Positions 32,450 to 44,255 of a stretch of 64,000 nucleotides of DNA are shown piece by piece; position 1 is the first letter of the stretch, and every line of letters starts with the position of its first letter. A program made the translations under genes and the position numbers. The notes beneath the pieces were generated by a model that was given only the letters and a program-made list of their open reading frames with translations, did not search any database and was not told the DNA's origin. The DNA is from an uncultured Planctomycetota bacterium (GTDB lineage: Bacteria > Planctomycetota > Planctomycetia > Gemmatales > Gemmataceae), in the NCBI GenBank assembly GCA_963849325.1, contig CAWKHF010000012.1, positions 256,001 through 320,000 of the forward strand. Reading direction: 5' to 3'.

Positions 32450-35400
32450 TCATGGCTTGGGGGAATCGCCGAGGTTTTTCCAAACCTCCGCAGCCGGCTT
32501 GCCGTTGATCGTCTCCAACGTCTTGCTCTCGCGCAGGATCGCCGTGCCGCGAAAAGCTTCGGGGTCACAAACCAATGTCTTGAGAGGCGCATCTTTCACG
32601 GGCGCAAAGTCCGTGACGCGCGTTTGGGAACACATCAGCTCTTTGAGGCGCGCGGCGCCCTTCAAAGGAGCCAGGTCGGCAACGTCGGTATATCGACAGT
32701 CGAGATGACTCAGGGGTAGTCCCGCGAGGGGGGCAAGATCGTGGACCCGAGTGTGATGACAAACCAAAAACCAGAAGCCCTTCTTTCCTGCAAGGGGGGA
32801 GAGGTCGGAAAGAGCCGTTTGATAGCAGACCAGCCACTGGAGAGGCAAATCCTTGAGCGGCGTGAAATCGCGAACGGGGCACTCGCCGCAGTCGAGGTGT
32901 TCGAGGGGGAGCCCTCGGAGCGCGGTGAGATCGGATATCGAATTGCCGGCGCAGAATAGCCAGCGTAGAGGCAATCCCTTCAAGGGCGAGAGATCCGTCA
33001 GTTTCCCCGTGCCGCTTCCCCCGCGTACTTTGCTGCCGTTGCAGCCCACACTCGTCAACTGCTTGAGCGCCCTCAGCGGAGTGAGGTCCGTCACCTCATC
33101 GCTGACGAACCGCACCCCCGTCACGACATCATTCTCGATCTTGTGATCCACCTGGCCATCGAAGCCGGGATTGCGCTTCTTCAACTCGGCGGCGACCGCT
33201 GCCACTTGCTGCATGGCCGGCATGGCGGCGACTTGCTTGCACCAGGACTCGAAACGCGCTTGCTGTGCGGCCATGTCCTTCCACAACTCCGCCACCGGCT
33301 TGTGGTTAATCGTCTCCAGCGTCTTGATGGAACGCAGGACATGGGCATCGCGCTCCGGTTTGAAATCACAGGTCAGCCACCGGAGGGGTACGTCGCGCAA
33401 GGGTGAAAAGTCCTGAATCTGCGTATAATCGCAGATCAACCTCTGGAGCGGCATTCCGCGTAGTGCTGCCAGGTCCGCGACCGGAGTTCCGCCACAGTTC
33501 AGCTTCGTCAGATTCATGCCACGCAACGGCGACAGATCCGAGATGGGCGCCCAGTGAATGTCCAGTTCCGTCAACGGCAAGCCTTTGAGGGCGCCAGATT
33601 GGAAAGCCCCTTATGTTTCTGGCTGCTGGGGCAGGTCAGCCGCTTCAGTCCCGTCAGCGCTCGTAGCGGTGAAAGGTCGGTCACTTGATCGCTGATGTAT
33701 TGCAAGCTCACGACAACGTCGCCCTCAATCTCGTGCCTCACTTGGCCATCGAAGCCGGGATTGCGTTTCTTCAACTCGGCGGCGACCCTTTCCACTTGTT
33801 TCCGCGGCGGCATGGCGGCGACCTGCTTGCACCACGCCTCGAACTCCGCCTGCTGGGCGTCCACTTCCTTCCAGAACTCGGCCACTGGCTTGTTGTTGAT
33901 CTTTGTCAACGTCTTGATGGAACGCAAGATGTCCGCGTCCCGGTAAGGCTGGAAGTCACACCACAGATCCTGCAAAGGCGAATCCCGCACGGGCGATAAA
34001 TCCGCGACCTGGGACCAACGACAGTCGAAGTACACCAGCGGCATACCATGTAGCACGGACAGGTCCGCTATCGGAATACCGTGGCATGTGAGGTTGGTTA
34101 GGGGCATCCCTTTCAAGGGGGAGAGGTCTGTCACCTTCGTCGCTTCGCAGTGAAGTTGCGTTAGGTGCATTCCTCGGAGGGGCGACAGATCGTTAACATT
34201 TGAGTGACCGCAGGAGAAATGTAGCAAAGGCATCCCTTTGAGCGGCTCAAGATCACGGACGCTGCTTTCCCTGCATTGTAGTTCGGCGAGGGACATGCCT
34301 GTTAGCGGTGTCAGATCCGCGAGCTTGCTTCTGGCAGGATACATATTCCCGCCAACGCGTAGCCTCTTCAGTCCTGGTAGTGCTCGTATCGGTGCTAGGT
34401 CAGTGATGTGGCTAGATCTCGCATCCAGCACGGTCACCGTTCCTTCCTGTATCTCATACTTCACCTTGCCATCGAAGCCGGGATTGCGCTTTTTCAACTC
34501 GGCGGCGACGGCCTTGACTTGTTCCTCCGCCGGCATGCCGGCCACGTCACGCAGCCATTGCTCGAACGAGCGTTGGCCTTCTTTCCGTGGTTTGGGCTGT
34601 TCCACGGCGACCGGCTGCGATGGGGGTTGCGGAGGATTCGCACGCCGGAGGAGAAGCCCGAACACGACCGCCAGTCCCAGCAGCAGGACGCCGCCTCCAA
34701 CCGCCGCAAGCCGCAGCTTCTGATTCTCCGCCTGCCGCCGCGAACGCTGCTCCTTCATTATCGCTTGCACGGTTTCGCCGGTCGGCCGGAAATCGAGCAC
34801 GTCGTTGACCGTCGGCTCCGTCGGAACGAGGTTGGCTCCGACCGGGCGCCACAGGGGATCGTCCGGCTGTCGTCGCTGGTCAGCGCTTCCAGTGCGCGGA
34901 CCAACTCGGCCGGCGTTTGATAGCGCTGCTGCGGTCGCTTGGCCATCAGCTTGTACACGATGTCCGCCAGCGCCGACGGCACCTCGGGCCGCACCTGTTC
35001 CAGGGGCGGCGGCTGATCGGACTGATGTTTCTTGAGCTTCTGAATCAGCGTGCCGCCGGAAAACGGCACCTTGCCCGTCAAGAGCTGATACAGCGTGCAA
35101 CCGAGACTGTACAGGTCGGCGCGGATGTCTACCGTGTGCGATTCCTCGGCCTGCTCGGGAGCCATGTAGTCGGGCGTGCCCATGATCGCTCCCTCTTGCG
35201 TCATGGTCGTGCTGGCCTCGCCGTCCTCATCGGCCACGGTCAGCCGCGCCAGGCCCATGTCGAGGATCTTGACCACGCCTTGCTTGGTCAGCAACAGATT
35301 GTGCGGCTTGATGTCGCGGTGGACCAGGCCGCGCTCGTGGGCATGTTGCAGCCCCAGCGCCGCCTGGCGAACCCAGTCGCACGCCTGCGCCACCGGCAAA

Positions 35401-35897
35401 GGCCCGTGCTGCTTGATGAGCTTGGCCAGGTCCGTGCCCTCGACGTACTCCATGGCGAAGAAGTGCGTGCCGTTGACCTCGTCGGCGTCGTAGGCCAGGA
35501 CGATGTTCGGATGCGAGAGCTGCGCCGCGGCGCGGATCTCGCGGTGAAAGCGTCGCACCGCGTCCTCGTTGCTGAGCCGTTCCTTGCGGATCAGCTTCAG
35601 GGCGACGAGGCGGCCGAGCTTCCAGTTCCTGGCCTTGAAGACCTGTCCCATGCCGCCTTCGCCAATACACTCCAGCAAGACGTAGGAGCCGAGCATCAGC
35701 TCGCCGCCGCGTCCTTGCAGGAGGAGATTGGCCTGGTAGGACGTCAGCCATCGACGGCGGACCAGTTCGGCGGCGAGAGCCTTTGGCTCGGCGAAGCGCG
35801 GCAGCAGCTCGCTTGCCAGCACGTTCTGCTGTTTCGGCTCCAGCAGCCGGCCGTGACAGAGGAAATCCGCCAAATCGCTAACGGAATCGAGCGCCAT
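32450..35897 (-). CDS. Membrane Ser/Thr protein kinase with three extracellular LRR modules; frameshifts near 34830 and 33585
   Basis: IGEGGMG, VALK, HRDIKPHN, DMGLA, GTPDYMAPE; TM segment; DL.PL.G.PL..L.C LRR repeats. Confidence 0.9.
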
Positions 35898-35926
35898 GAG
35901 GAACCTCTCGGCAGAGAGAACGGCCG

Positions 35927-36748
35927 CTATTGATGCGCCGCACCGGCGCGATCGAGGATGCCCTTGAACGCGGCGATGGCCTTGGGGAACAACTCCGGCC
36001 CCGTGACGCCGCCGGTGGGACCGCCACCGAGCAAATGCGGCTCCAGCGTGGCGAACCCATCATAGCTGTGGGCTACCTCGGCGACCACCTCGGGGATGCG
36101 TCCCTGACCCTCGCCGGCCAGGCAGCCGTGTTTCTCGCCAGCGATCCAGTCCTTGATGTGGAAATGCGTCGTCCACGCCTTCGTCATCTGCCAGCCCTGC
36201 CACGGATCGTAGCCGCAGAAGACGTAGTTGGCCGCGTCGTAGACCGCCCGCAGGTGCGGGCTGTTGACGCTCTGGATCAGATCGACCACGCGATGCGGAT
36301 CGTCGCCGTAAATGTTGTGCTCGTTCTCATGCAGCAGCCGCACACCAGCCTTCTCGGCGCGGCGCGTCTTCTCCGTCATGCGCGCCAGGATCTCGCTTCG
36401 CCACTTCGCCCAGTCGTCTCCGTCCGGTTTGTAATAGCTGAAAACGCGGATATTCGGCGTCCCGAACCTCTTGCAAAGCTCGATGGCCCGCTCGAAGCGC
36501 TGCAAGTGCGGCTCGAACGGCTGGTCGATCTGGACCTTGCCGATGGGCGAGCCGATGGCGCTGAGCCGAAAGTCGTGCCGGTCCAGCAGCGATTTCAGCT
36601 CCGTCACCTGCAGGTCGGTCAGGTCCAGGACATTGGTTTTCAGAATGGAGCGCAGCTCGATGTGCCGCACACCGCAGGCGCGGAGGACATCGATTTGCTC
36701 CTGCGGATCGGGAGAGATTTCATCGGCGAAGGCGCTGAGGATGAACAT
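35927..36748 (-). CDS. Sugar phosphate isomerase/epimerase (xylose isomerase-like TIM barrel)
   Basis: LSAFADEI, GSPIGK, HENE, DAANY, HIKD, LEPHL. Confidence 0.88.
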   Translation of the reverse strand: MFILSAFADEISPDPQEQIDVLRACGVRHIELRSILKTNVLDLTDLQVTELKSLLDRHDFRLSAIGSPIGKVQIDQPFEPHLQRFERAIELCKRFGTPNIRVFSYYKPDGDDWAKWRSEILARMTEKTRRAEKAGVRLLHENEHNIYGDDPHRVVDLIQSVNSPHLRAVYDAANYVFCGYDPWQGWQMTKAWTTHFHIKDWIAGEKHGCLAGEGQGRIPEVVAEVAHSYDGFATLEPHLLGGGPTGGVTGPELFPKAIAAFKGILDRAGAAHQ

Positions 36749-36780
36749 GGCGGGTGGCTTCCTGTCAGAGTCTCGGGCGA

Positions 36781-37362
36781 TTAGGGGTCCGGTTGTTGCG
36801 TCTGGCCCGGTCGCCAGAGGATGTCGTCGCGGCCGTTATTGTTGTAGACACGGGCCAGCACGAAGAGGAGGTCCGACAGGCGATTGAGATAGACGATGGC
36901 CTGCGGATTGACCGGCTCCGCGCGGGCCAGTGTCACCACGTCGCGCTCGGCGCGGCGGCAGACGGTTCGGGCCAGGTGGCACCACGCGGCGGCACTCGAT
37001 CCGCCGGGGAGGATGAAACTGGTCAACGGCGTCAGGCCCACGTTCAAGCGGTCGATGGCTTGCTCCAGTCGTTCGACCTGCTCCGGGCGGATGCGCAGGC
37101 GGGCACCGGATGTTTCCTCGGCCGACTGCGGCAGACATAGGTCGGCGCCGACGTCGAAGAGGTCGTTCTGGATGCCGCGGAGGAGATCGACTTCGGCGGC
37201 CTGCGGTTGGTGGCTGACGAGCAGGCCGAGGGCCGCGTTCAGCTCATCGACGCTGCCATAAGCCGTGACGCGCGGATGGTCCTTGGGCACGCGGCTGCCG
37301 TCGCCGAGTCCGGTGTCGCCCTGATCGCCGGATTTAGTGTAGATGCGCGACAGGTAGACCAT
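36781..37362 (-). CDS. PduO-type ATP:cob(I)alamin adenosyltransferase
   Basis: IYTKSGDQGDTGL, AYGSVDELNA, FILPGG, RTVCRRAER, YLNRLSDLLFVLAR. Confidence 0.95.
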   Translation of the reverse strand: MVYLSRIYTKSGDQGDTGLGDGSRVPKDHPRVTAYGSVDELNAALGLLVSHQPQAAEVDLLRGIQNDLFDVGADLCLPQSAEETSGARLRIRPEQVERLEQAIDRLNVGLTPLTSFILPGGSSAAAWCHLARTVCRRAERDVVTLARAEPVNPQAIVYLNRLSDLLFVLARVYNNNGRDDILWRPGQTQQPDP

Positions 37363-37458
37363 GACAGGCGGACTCCTGCAAAAGACGACAGTCCGGGGCA
37401 CGACCGCCTCGGTGGGCCGTGCCCCGGACTGTGAGGTAGACGAGTGGGGACGGGACGT

Positions 37459-37599
37459 TTAGCACTCGCGCATTTTCCGCAGTGCGGCCCGGACGCGCTG
37501 CTTGGCCAGACGAGTTTGTCGTTCTTTCTTGCGTTGCCGGCGCTTGAGCCGCTGCAACGCGGCCAGAAACCGCGGAGTCTCTGGCTCGCCATAGATCAT
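37459..37599 (-). CDS. Small basic hypothetical peptide (46 aa)
   Basis: AAAGGAG RBS; MIYGEPETPRFLAALQRLKRRQRKKERQTRLAKQRVRAALRKMREC. Confidence 0.45.
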   Translation of the reverse strand: MIYGEPETPRFLAALQRLKRRQRKKERQTRLAKQRVRAALRKMREC

Positions 37600-37741
37600 G
37601 GCGACCGCTCCTTTCCAGGGGTATCCGCTGTTGTCCTCCCTCCGCCTATTCCATCTTATGCGATCGTTACGACACGCTGTCAATAGCCTTGTCGAAGGAT
37701 TTGTCGAGATCGTTTCGCCGCGCTCTGGAGCGCGGCGAAAC

Positions 37742-40700
37742 TCAACTGCACCCCGAAGTAGCCCCACACGTATCGCACTTGCAGCAGCGCCGCTGCGCAC
37801 CAAGGTCAGTTGGCCGCACTCGCTGCACGGATCGCCCTCGTAACCTTTCAGCCGTGCTTGTCGGATCTTCTGCTCCATGCTCTGCTCGCGCAGGTCGGCG
37901 ACGTGCCGTTCTTGTGTCCGTTGCCGTTGCTCTGTTCGCGCAGCGGCGTCAGGTGGCCGCTGCGCGGCGTGGCGAACGCCTTGGATACCGGCTGCGGCTC
38001 GACGATGCGCTCCTCGACCACCTCCTCCGCCTCGAAGGCCGGCTCGTCGCGCTCGCGGTGCAGGGCGTCGCCGCGCAGATCCTCCGCCTCGACCTGGGCC
38101 AGGTCGTGCCGGCCCAGGTAGGTGATGGCCAGCTCGCGGAAGATGTAGTCGATGATCGACGTCGTCATCTTGATGTGCGGGTTGCCCTGGACCACGCCGT
38201 TCGGCTCGAAGCGCGTGAACACAAAGGCGTCCACGTACTCCTCCAGCGGTACGCCATGTTGCAGGCCGAGCGAAATGGCGATGGCGAAACAGTTGGTCAT
38301 GCTGCGGAAGGCGGCACCTTCCTTGTGCATGTCGAGGAAGATCTCGCCGAGCGTGCCGTCCTCGTACTCGCCGGTGCGCAGATACATCTTGTGGTTGCCG
38401 ATGCGGGCCTTCTGGGTGTAGCCGGCGCGGCGATCGGGCAGGCGGCGACGGTTGGCGATATAGCGATAGACGATCTTCTCGGCAATGCGAACGGCGTCGG
38501 CCTTCGGCTCGTCGTCAGCCGATTCGGCGACCTCGGCGTCGAGGTCCGGGGCGTCGGCGACGCTGTTGAGCGGCTGGCTGAGCTTGGAGCCGTCGCGGTA
38601 CAGGGCGTTGGCCTTGAGCATGAGCTGCCAACTCAGCTGGTAGGCGCTCTTAACGTCGTCGAGGGTGGCGTTGTGCGGCATATTGATCGTCTTGCTAGAT
38701 CGCACCACTGACGAACGGCTGGGCCGCCGCCATCATGCGGATGTGCGATTCCGCCGACAGGAAACGCTGGCCGAGCTTGCCGCACTTGTTGGCGCAGTCG
38801 AAGATGGGCAGGTGTTCCGGCCTGCAGGTGCGGCGCCCCCTCGACGGTCATCGTGCCGCACACGTGGTTGTTGGCCTCGGCAATCTGCTCCCGGCTGAAA
38901 CCCAGTGCCGTCAGCAGATCGAAACCGGGACGGTCGATCTGTTCGAGCGTGAAGCCGAGCCGGCCGGTCAACACATCGTCGCCGACGGTCCAGCGGTTGA
39001 AGGCGAAGGGCAACTCGAAGACGGCCGGCAGCATCGCCTCGATGCGCTGAAGCACGTCATCGGGGAAGCCCTTGGCCCGCAGCGTGGCGGCGTTGATGTG
39101 CGGACAGCCGTGCAGCGTGCCGGCCCCACGGCAGTAACGCACGATGTCCTCGATCTGCCGCGGCGTGTAGCCCAGCCGCGCCAGCGCCGGCGGGATCGAG
39201 GCGTTGATGATCTTGAAGTAGCCGCCGCCGGCCAGCTTCTTGAACTTGACCAGGGCGAAGTCCGGCTCGATGCCCGTCGTGTCGCAATCCATTACCAGAG
39301 CTATAGTCCCGGTCGGAGCAATACATGTGGATTGCGCGTTGCGATAGCCGTGCTTCTCGCCCAGTTCGACCATGCGATCCGACTCGCGCGCGAGCGGCGT
39401 CGAGCAGATAATCCGGACAGAAGCGCGGGTCGATGCCGACGGGCGTGATGGTCAGCCCCTCGTAGTCATCCTTGGGAGCGTCGTAGGCCGCCAGCCGGTG
39501 ATTGCGGACGACGCGCAGCATGGCCTCGCGGTTGGCCTCGTAGCGCGAGAACGGCCCGACCTCGGCGGCCATCTCCGCCGAGGTGGCGTAGGAGACGGCG
39601 TGCATGAGAGCGGTGACGGCGGCGCACCAGGCCCGGCCCTCATGCGAATCGTAGGGCAGCCCCTGTACCATCAAGAGCGATCCCATGTTCGCATAGCCCA
39701 ATCCCAGCGTGCGGTAATCATAAGACTTCTGCGCCACCGCCACGCTCGGGAACTGCGCCATGTAGACGGAGATCTCCAGGATCAGCGTCCACAGCCGCGT
39801 GGCGTGGCGGAAGGAACCCACGTCGAACCGGCCGGTGGCGGCGTCGTAGAACTTGAGCAAGTTCAAGGACGCGAGATTGCATGCGGTATCATCTATGAAC
39901 ATATATTCACTACAAGGATTGGACGCATTGATGCGTCCGTCGGCTGGGCAAGTGTGCCATTCGTTGACGGTGGTGTCGAACTGCACGCCGGGGTCGGCGC
40001 AGGACCAGGCCGCAAAGGTGATCTGTTCCCACAGTTCGCGGGCGCGCAGCGTCTTGCGCGGCTTGGGCGCTCGTCCCTCGGCCCGCGCTTTCTCGCTCTC
40101 CGTCCGCCAGTACAGGTGCCAGGGTCCGTCTTTCTGCGCCGCCTCCATGAAGTCGTTGGTGATGCGCACCGAGTTGTTGCTGTTCTGGCCGGAGACGGTG
40201 AAGTACGCCTTGGAGTTCCAGTCGGTGTTGTACTCCTCGATCTTCAGCGATGTGACGCCCTGCTCGGCCAGCTGCAGGACGCGCTCGACGTAGTTGAGCG
40301 GCACCAGGGCGGCGCGGGCCTCGGCAATCGCCCGGCGCAGGTCATGGTTGCGCTGGCGGTTCAGCCGTTCGTCGGCGTTGGGCCAGTTGGCGCACGCCTT
40401 GAGGATGGCGTTGAGATGGCGGTTGAGCAGCCGCGAGCCAGCGACCAGTGCCGCCACTTTGGCCTCTTCGACCATCTTCCAGCTGATGAATTCCTCGATA
40501 TCTGGATGATCGAGATCTAAAATAACCATTTTAGCCGCTCTGCGCGTGGTCCCCCCCGATTTAATCGCTCCGGCGGCGCGATCGCCGATCTTGAGAAAAC
40601 TCATCAGGCCGCTGGATTTGCCGCCGCCGGACAGTGGTTCGCCCTCACCGCGCAAAGAAGAGAAATTCGATCCCGTACCACTTCCATATTTAAAGATACG

Positions 40701-42407
40701 TGCCTCGCGGACCCACAGGTCCATGATGCCGCCTTCGTTCACGAGATCGTCCTGGATGGACTGGATGAAGCAGTTGTGTACAAGTCGGCCGGCGCACCAG
40801 AATTCGCCGGCTGCCGTCTGGAGGTCGTAAACCAACTCGGCTCCGGCCTTGCAACGTCCGTTGACCAGTACGGTAGATGGCCTGAGATGGGCTGCGGCTC
40901 CGACCAAGCTGAGCGCCATCTCCTCCTTTTTCGCTTCATGGGTGAAGCCGATTCGTTCCGCAAATAACTCACGCGAGTGCCGATCCCAGATGTTCAGGTA
41001 ATAGCAATCCTTGCGGTTGAAATCGGTGCGATCATCACTGGATTCGGCCACACAGGCGAAGATGCCGAGCGAACAGAGAAGGGCGTGCGCCTTTTCGATG
41101 ACGTCCCAACTTGTGTTGACGAGGCAAACCTTTTCTGCACTGACGTGTCCATCACTATCGAACAATCCTTGCAAAAACGGCCGTACAAAGTTTGCTCCCG
41201 AGCGAAGAACCCACTCGGGCACCATTTTGGCTGACGTGTGATTCCAGAGGCCCAGCCGCATCCAGAAGTGCCGTCCGGCCGCTCCGTAGCCGCGAATGGA
41301 ATGTCCCCAATGAAAGTCGGTCACGGTATGAGGCACGCCGTGTTTCTCGACGATGGCCAGCACCCGACGCAGTTCCGCCCCGGTGTTCACCTTCAACTCC
41401 CAGGTATCGCTGGTAGCCGAAGCGGGACGGCCGCTGAACCCATCCCCCACCATCAGGCCACTGATCCAGGCCAACTCCGCATCGACTTGCAACAGTCCGC
41501 ACGGGACGGGGAGGCACTCCGGTAGCAGCGGAACACGGGACAGGACCAGATGGTCTTTGCCAACCTCAAGGTCTCCCGCTCGTTTCTCTTGCAACTCCCC
41601 CTGGCCGTTCTGCACAAAAACAACGTGGTCCCCTGTCAATCGAATCGAGCTGCCGTCGGCCAGGTCAAGGCGGACCACAAAGCGCTTGCCGTTACAGACG
41701 GCCGCTTGGATCGGTGTCGGACGACCAAAACGGTCGAAGGCGGACAGCTTGACGCCCGATTGGACGGCCCGTACCACTTCGCCGACGGGTATCAATCCCC
41801 GATCGGTATTCACCAATTCGTCGTAAGGCAAACACGCATGCGGAGCGGGATGTTCGTATGCGGATGTGGAGCGCACGACTTGCTTGGTCTGCGGATCGAC
41901 GCGGTAATGTCCCTGGGCGGGTCCGTCGATGCCGTAGGCCCAGAACAGGCCGGTGTTGAACCACTGCGGCGAGTTCGGCGCCGCCATCTGCGCCGCCAGC
42001 ATGTAGCAGACTTCGTCGTGGAAGGCGCGGGCGTCGGCCTCCGACGAGAAGTAGCCACCCTTCCAGCCCCAGTAGCTCCAGCAGCCGGCCAGGCGGCGGA
42101 ACACCTGACGCGCGTCGGTCTCCTGGGCGTTGCGCGGATCGCCGGAGACCGGCACGCTGCGCTGCAGCCACTCCGGCACGCCCTCCTCGGCAACGCGCTG
42201 GCCCTGCACCGGCACGCCGGCCTTGCGGAAGTATTTCTGCGCCAGCACGTCCACCGCAACCTGCGACCAGCCTTCGGGGGCCAGCAGGTCTTTCAGCTCG
42301 AAGACTACCGAGCCGTCCGGGTTGACGATGCGTGAGGTCCGCGGGACGAACGCGAAAGCGGCGAACGGATCGGCCCCGGCCGTGGTGTAATGACGTGTGA
42401 TTTCCAT
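37742..42407 (-). CDS. nrdJ: Class II (adenosylcobalamin-dependent) ribonucleotide reductase with intein, C-terminal TSCPD-like domain and zinc ribbon; several frameshifts
   Basis: [78 protein letters not shown], terminal [11 protein letters not shown]. Confidence 0.95.
40773..41834 (-). mobile_element. Intein with LAGLIDADG homing endonuclease in NrdJ (354 aa)
   Basis: Starts CLPYDELV after PHA; block [16 protein letters not shown] and [10 protein letters not shown] motifs; VYDLQT...LVHN|CFIQS; visibly lower GC than flanks. Confidence 0.95.
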
Positions 42408-42562
42408 GAGAGATTTCGCGAAGAAGGTCACTCGACCGATCGCGGCCGCCGAGGGCTGGAGTCTCGGGCCGGCCGGACGGAGGGAGCGGCTGTCGGTCTA
42501 GCGGTAAACAAGTGTACCGCAAACGGTTGACGGTTGTACACAGCAAAATTCGTGAATGGGGC

Positions 42563-44255
42563 TCACCCCGCCGGCTCGGCGCCGACGACGAACGGCAGCG
42601 TGAGTCCCTTCTGGTCTTGGTACTTGCCACGCTTGTCGCCGTAGCTGGTCTGGCACACGGCTTCGCCGCGCAGAAACAGGATCTGGGCGATGCCCTCGCC
42701 GGCATAGATCTTCGCCGGCAGGGGAGTCGTATTGGAGATCTCGATGGTCACTTTTCCGCGCCACTCGGGCTCCAGGGGCGTTACATTCACGATAATGCCG
42801 CAATTGTGCGTGAAGACCCCGGCTTCGAGCGCGAAGTTAGCGGCCTCGGGGACGGTGAGGCAGTAAACGTCGTGGATGCCGGGAACCGAGCGAATGGCAG
42901 CAACCTTGTGGTTGCGTTGGGGGCGATGGCCGCGGAACGCTTCGATCAATCCAGGGAAGCGGCGAAACACGGAGCGATCGCAGTTCAACAAACGCGCGGC
43001 GGCGCGGACGGAGCCTGTCTCGTGGAGTGCGGCTCGCACGATTTCCTCGGTAATCTCCTGTCGCGTTCGGATGGCGCGGGCCACCTCCGCTTGCTTGCGT
43101 CGGCGGCTGCCGTCATCCTTGGCCCAAGCGGAGCGCGTCAGGCCTGCGATTGCCGTTCGCGCTCGGCGGGATCGAGGTAACGGCGGAGCATGGCTTGCCG
43201 GTGCGCTTCGCGGGTGGCATCCGAGATGTCCTGACGCTGAGCCAGCAGACGGTCACGAGCGATGGCGTACTCTTCGTCGTGCCAAAAACGCATCGCACGT
43301 TCTCGTTGCGACAACGAATACCGGGCCCGCCATTCCGGATCTTCCCGCAGGGCCGCCAGCGCCGCCCGAATGGCCGCGCTGTGCTCGTCGGGGTCGAAGT
43401 CTTCTCCATAACTCTCCGCGTTATGATGGCGGATGTGCTCGTTGACGCCCATCCGCACGATGTTCCACGGACGGTTGTTGCGCCGGTCGTGATCGACGTG
43501 GTGCCGATGCGTGTCGGGAAGATTGGGATACACCTGATGGCGGAGGTTCCAATCGTCGGCCAGCCGGTGCGTCGGGTAGAGGTAGCCGTTCAATGGCTGG
43601 TAGACAATCTCATACCCGCGCGACAAGTGGCGGTACAGCGGCATGAGCGAATCGCCGGGCGCAGTTGATTCGCCTCGGTCATGCGGCCATCGCGCCGCAG
43701 GAAGAGATGGTCCGGGGTGCAAAAGATCGATTCGCCGTTGTCGAGGACGATTTCTTGTAAGGCGTCGCGGCCGATGTAGCGGGGCTGTTCGAGCAGCGTC
43801 ACCATGATCCGGCCGTGCGGGCCGATGCTATAGCCCCAGAACATCTCTCCCGCCTCAGCCCGCCGGGCCATCTCCTCCAGCGTCGGGGCGCTACCGTCCA
43901 CCAGGGCGACGCGGGTGTCGCCGCGGAAACAACGCGCATACGTCGATTTCCCGACGCAGACGCAGAGAATATCGCGTGGGATCTCCAGATACTCCACGGT
44001 TTCGGCGAGTGCGAAGCTGTTCGGGGGAATGAGACAATAATCCCCTTCAATGTCCACGAATGACGCCGGATCGAAGTTCTTGGGATCGACGACGGCGCAG
44101 CGGGCGTTGGTAAACACTTTGAAGTGCCGGCCGACGCGGACATCGTAGCCGTAGCTGGAGACGCCGTAGGAGATCACGCCCGGACGCAGGGCGCTTTCGG
44201 CGAACGGCTCAATCTTGATCTCGCGCAGGATCTGCCAGTCGGCGAGCACGCCCAT
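42563..44255 (-). CDS. dcd: dCTP deaminase interrupted by an intein
   Basis: [71 protein letters not shown]. Confidence 0.95.
42803..43931 (-). mobile_element. Intein with HNH endonuclease in Dcd (internal frameshifts near 43655 and 43120)
   Basis: [13 protein letters not shown] start, CTPDH block [16 protein letters not shown]...EHIRHH HNH motif, DVYCLTV...[13 protein letters not shown] end. Confidence 0.92.

Noticed and set aside
32450-34570. Diversity-generating retroelement template/variable repeats
   Set aside because: No reverse transcriptase in the window and repeat differences are not adenine-specific
42408-42562. NrdR boxes or cobalamin riboswitch upstream of nrdJ
   Set aside because: No convincing consensus match by eye and the spacer is short
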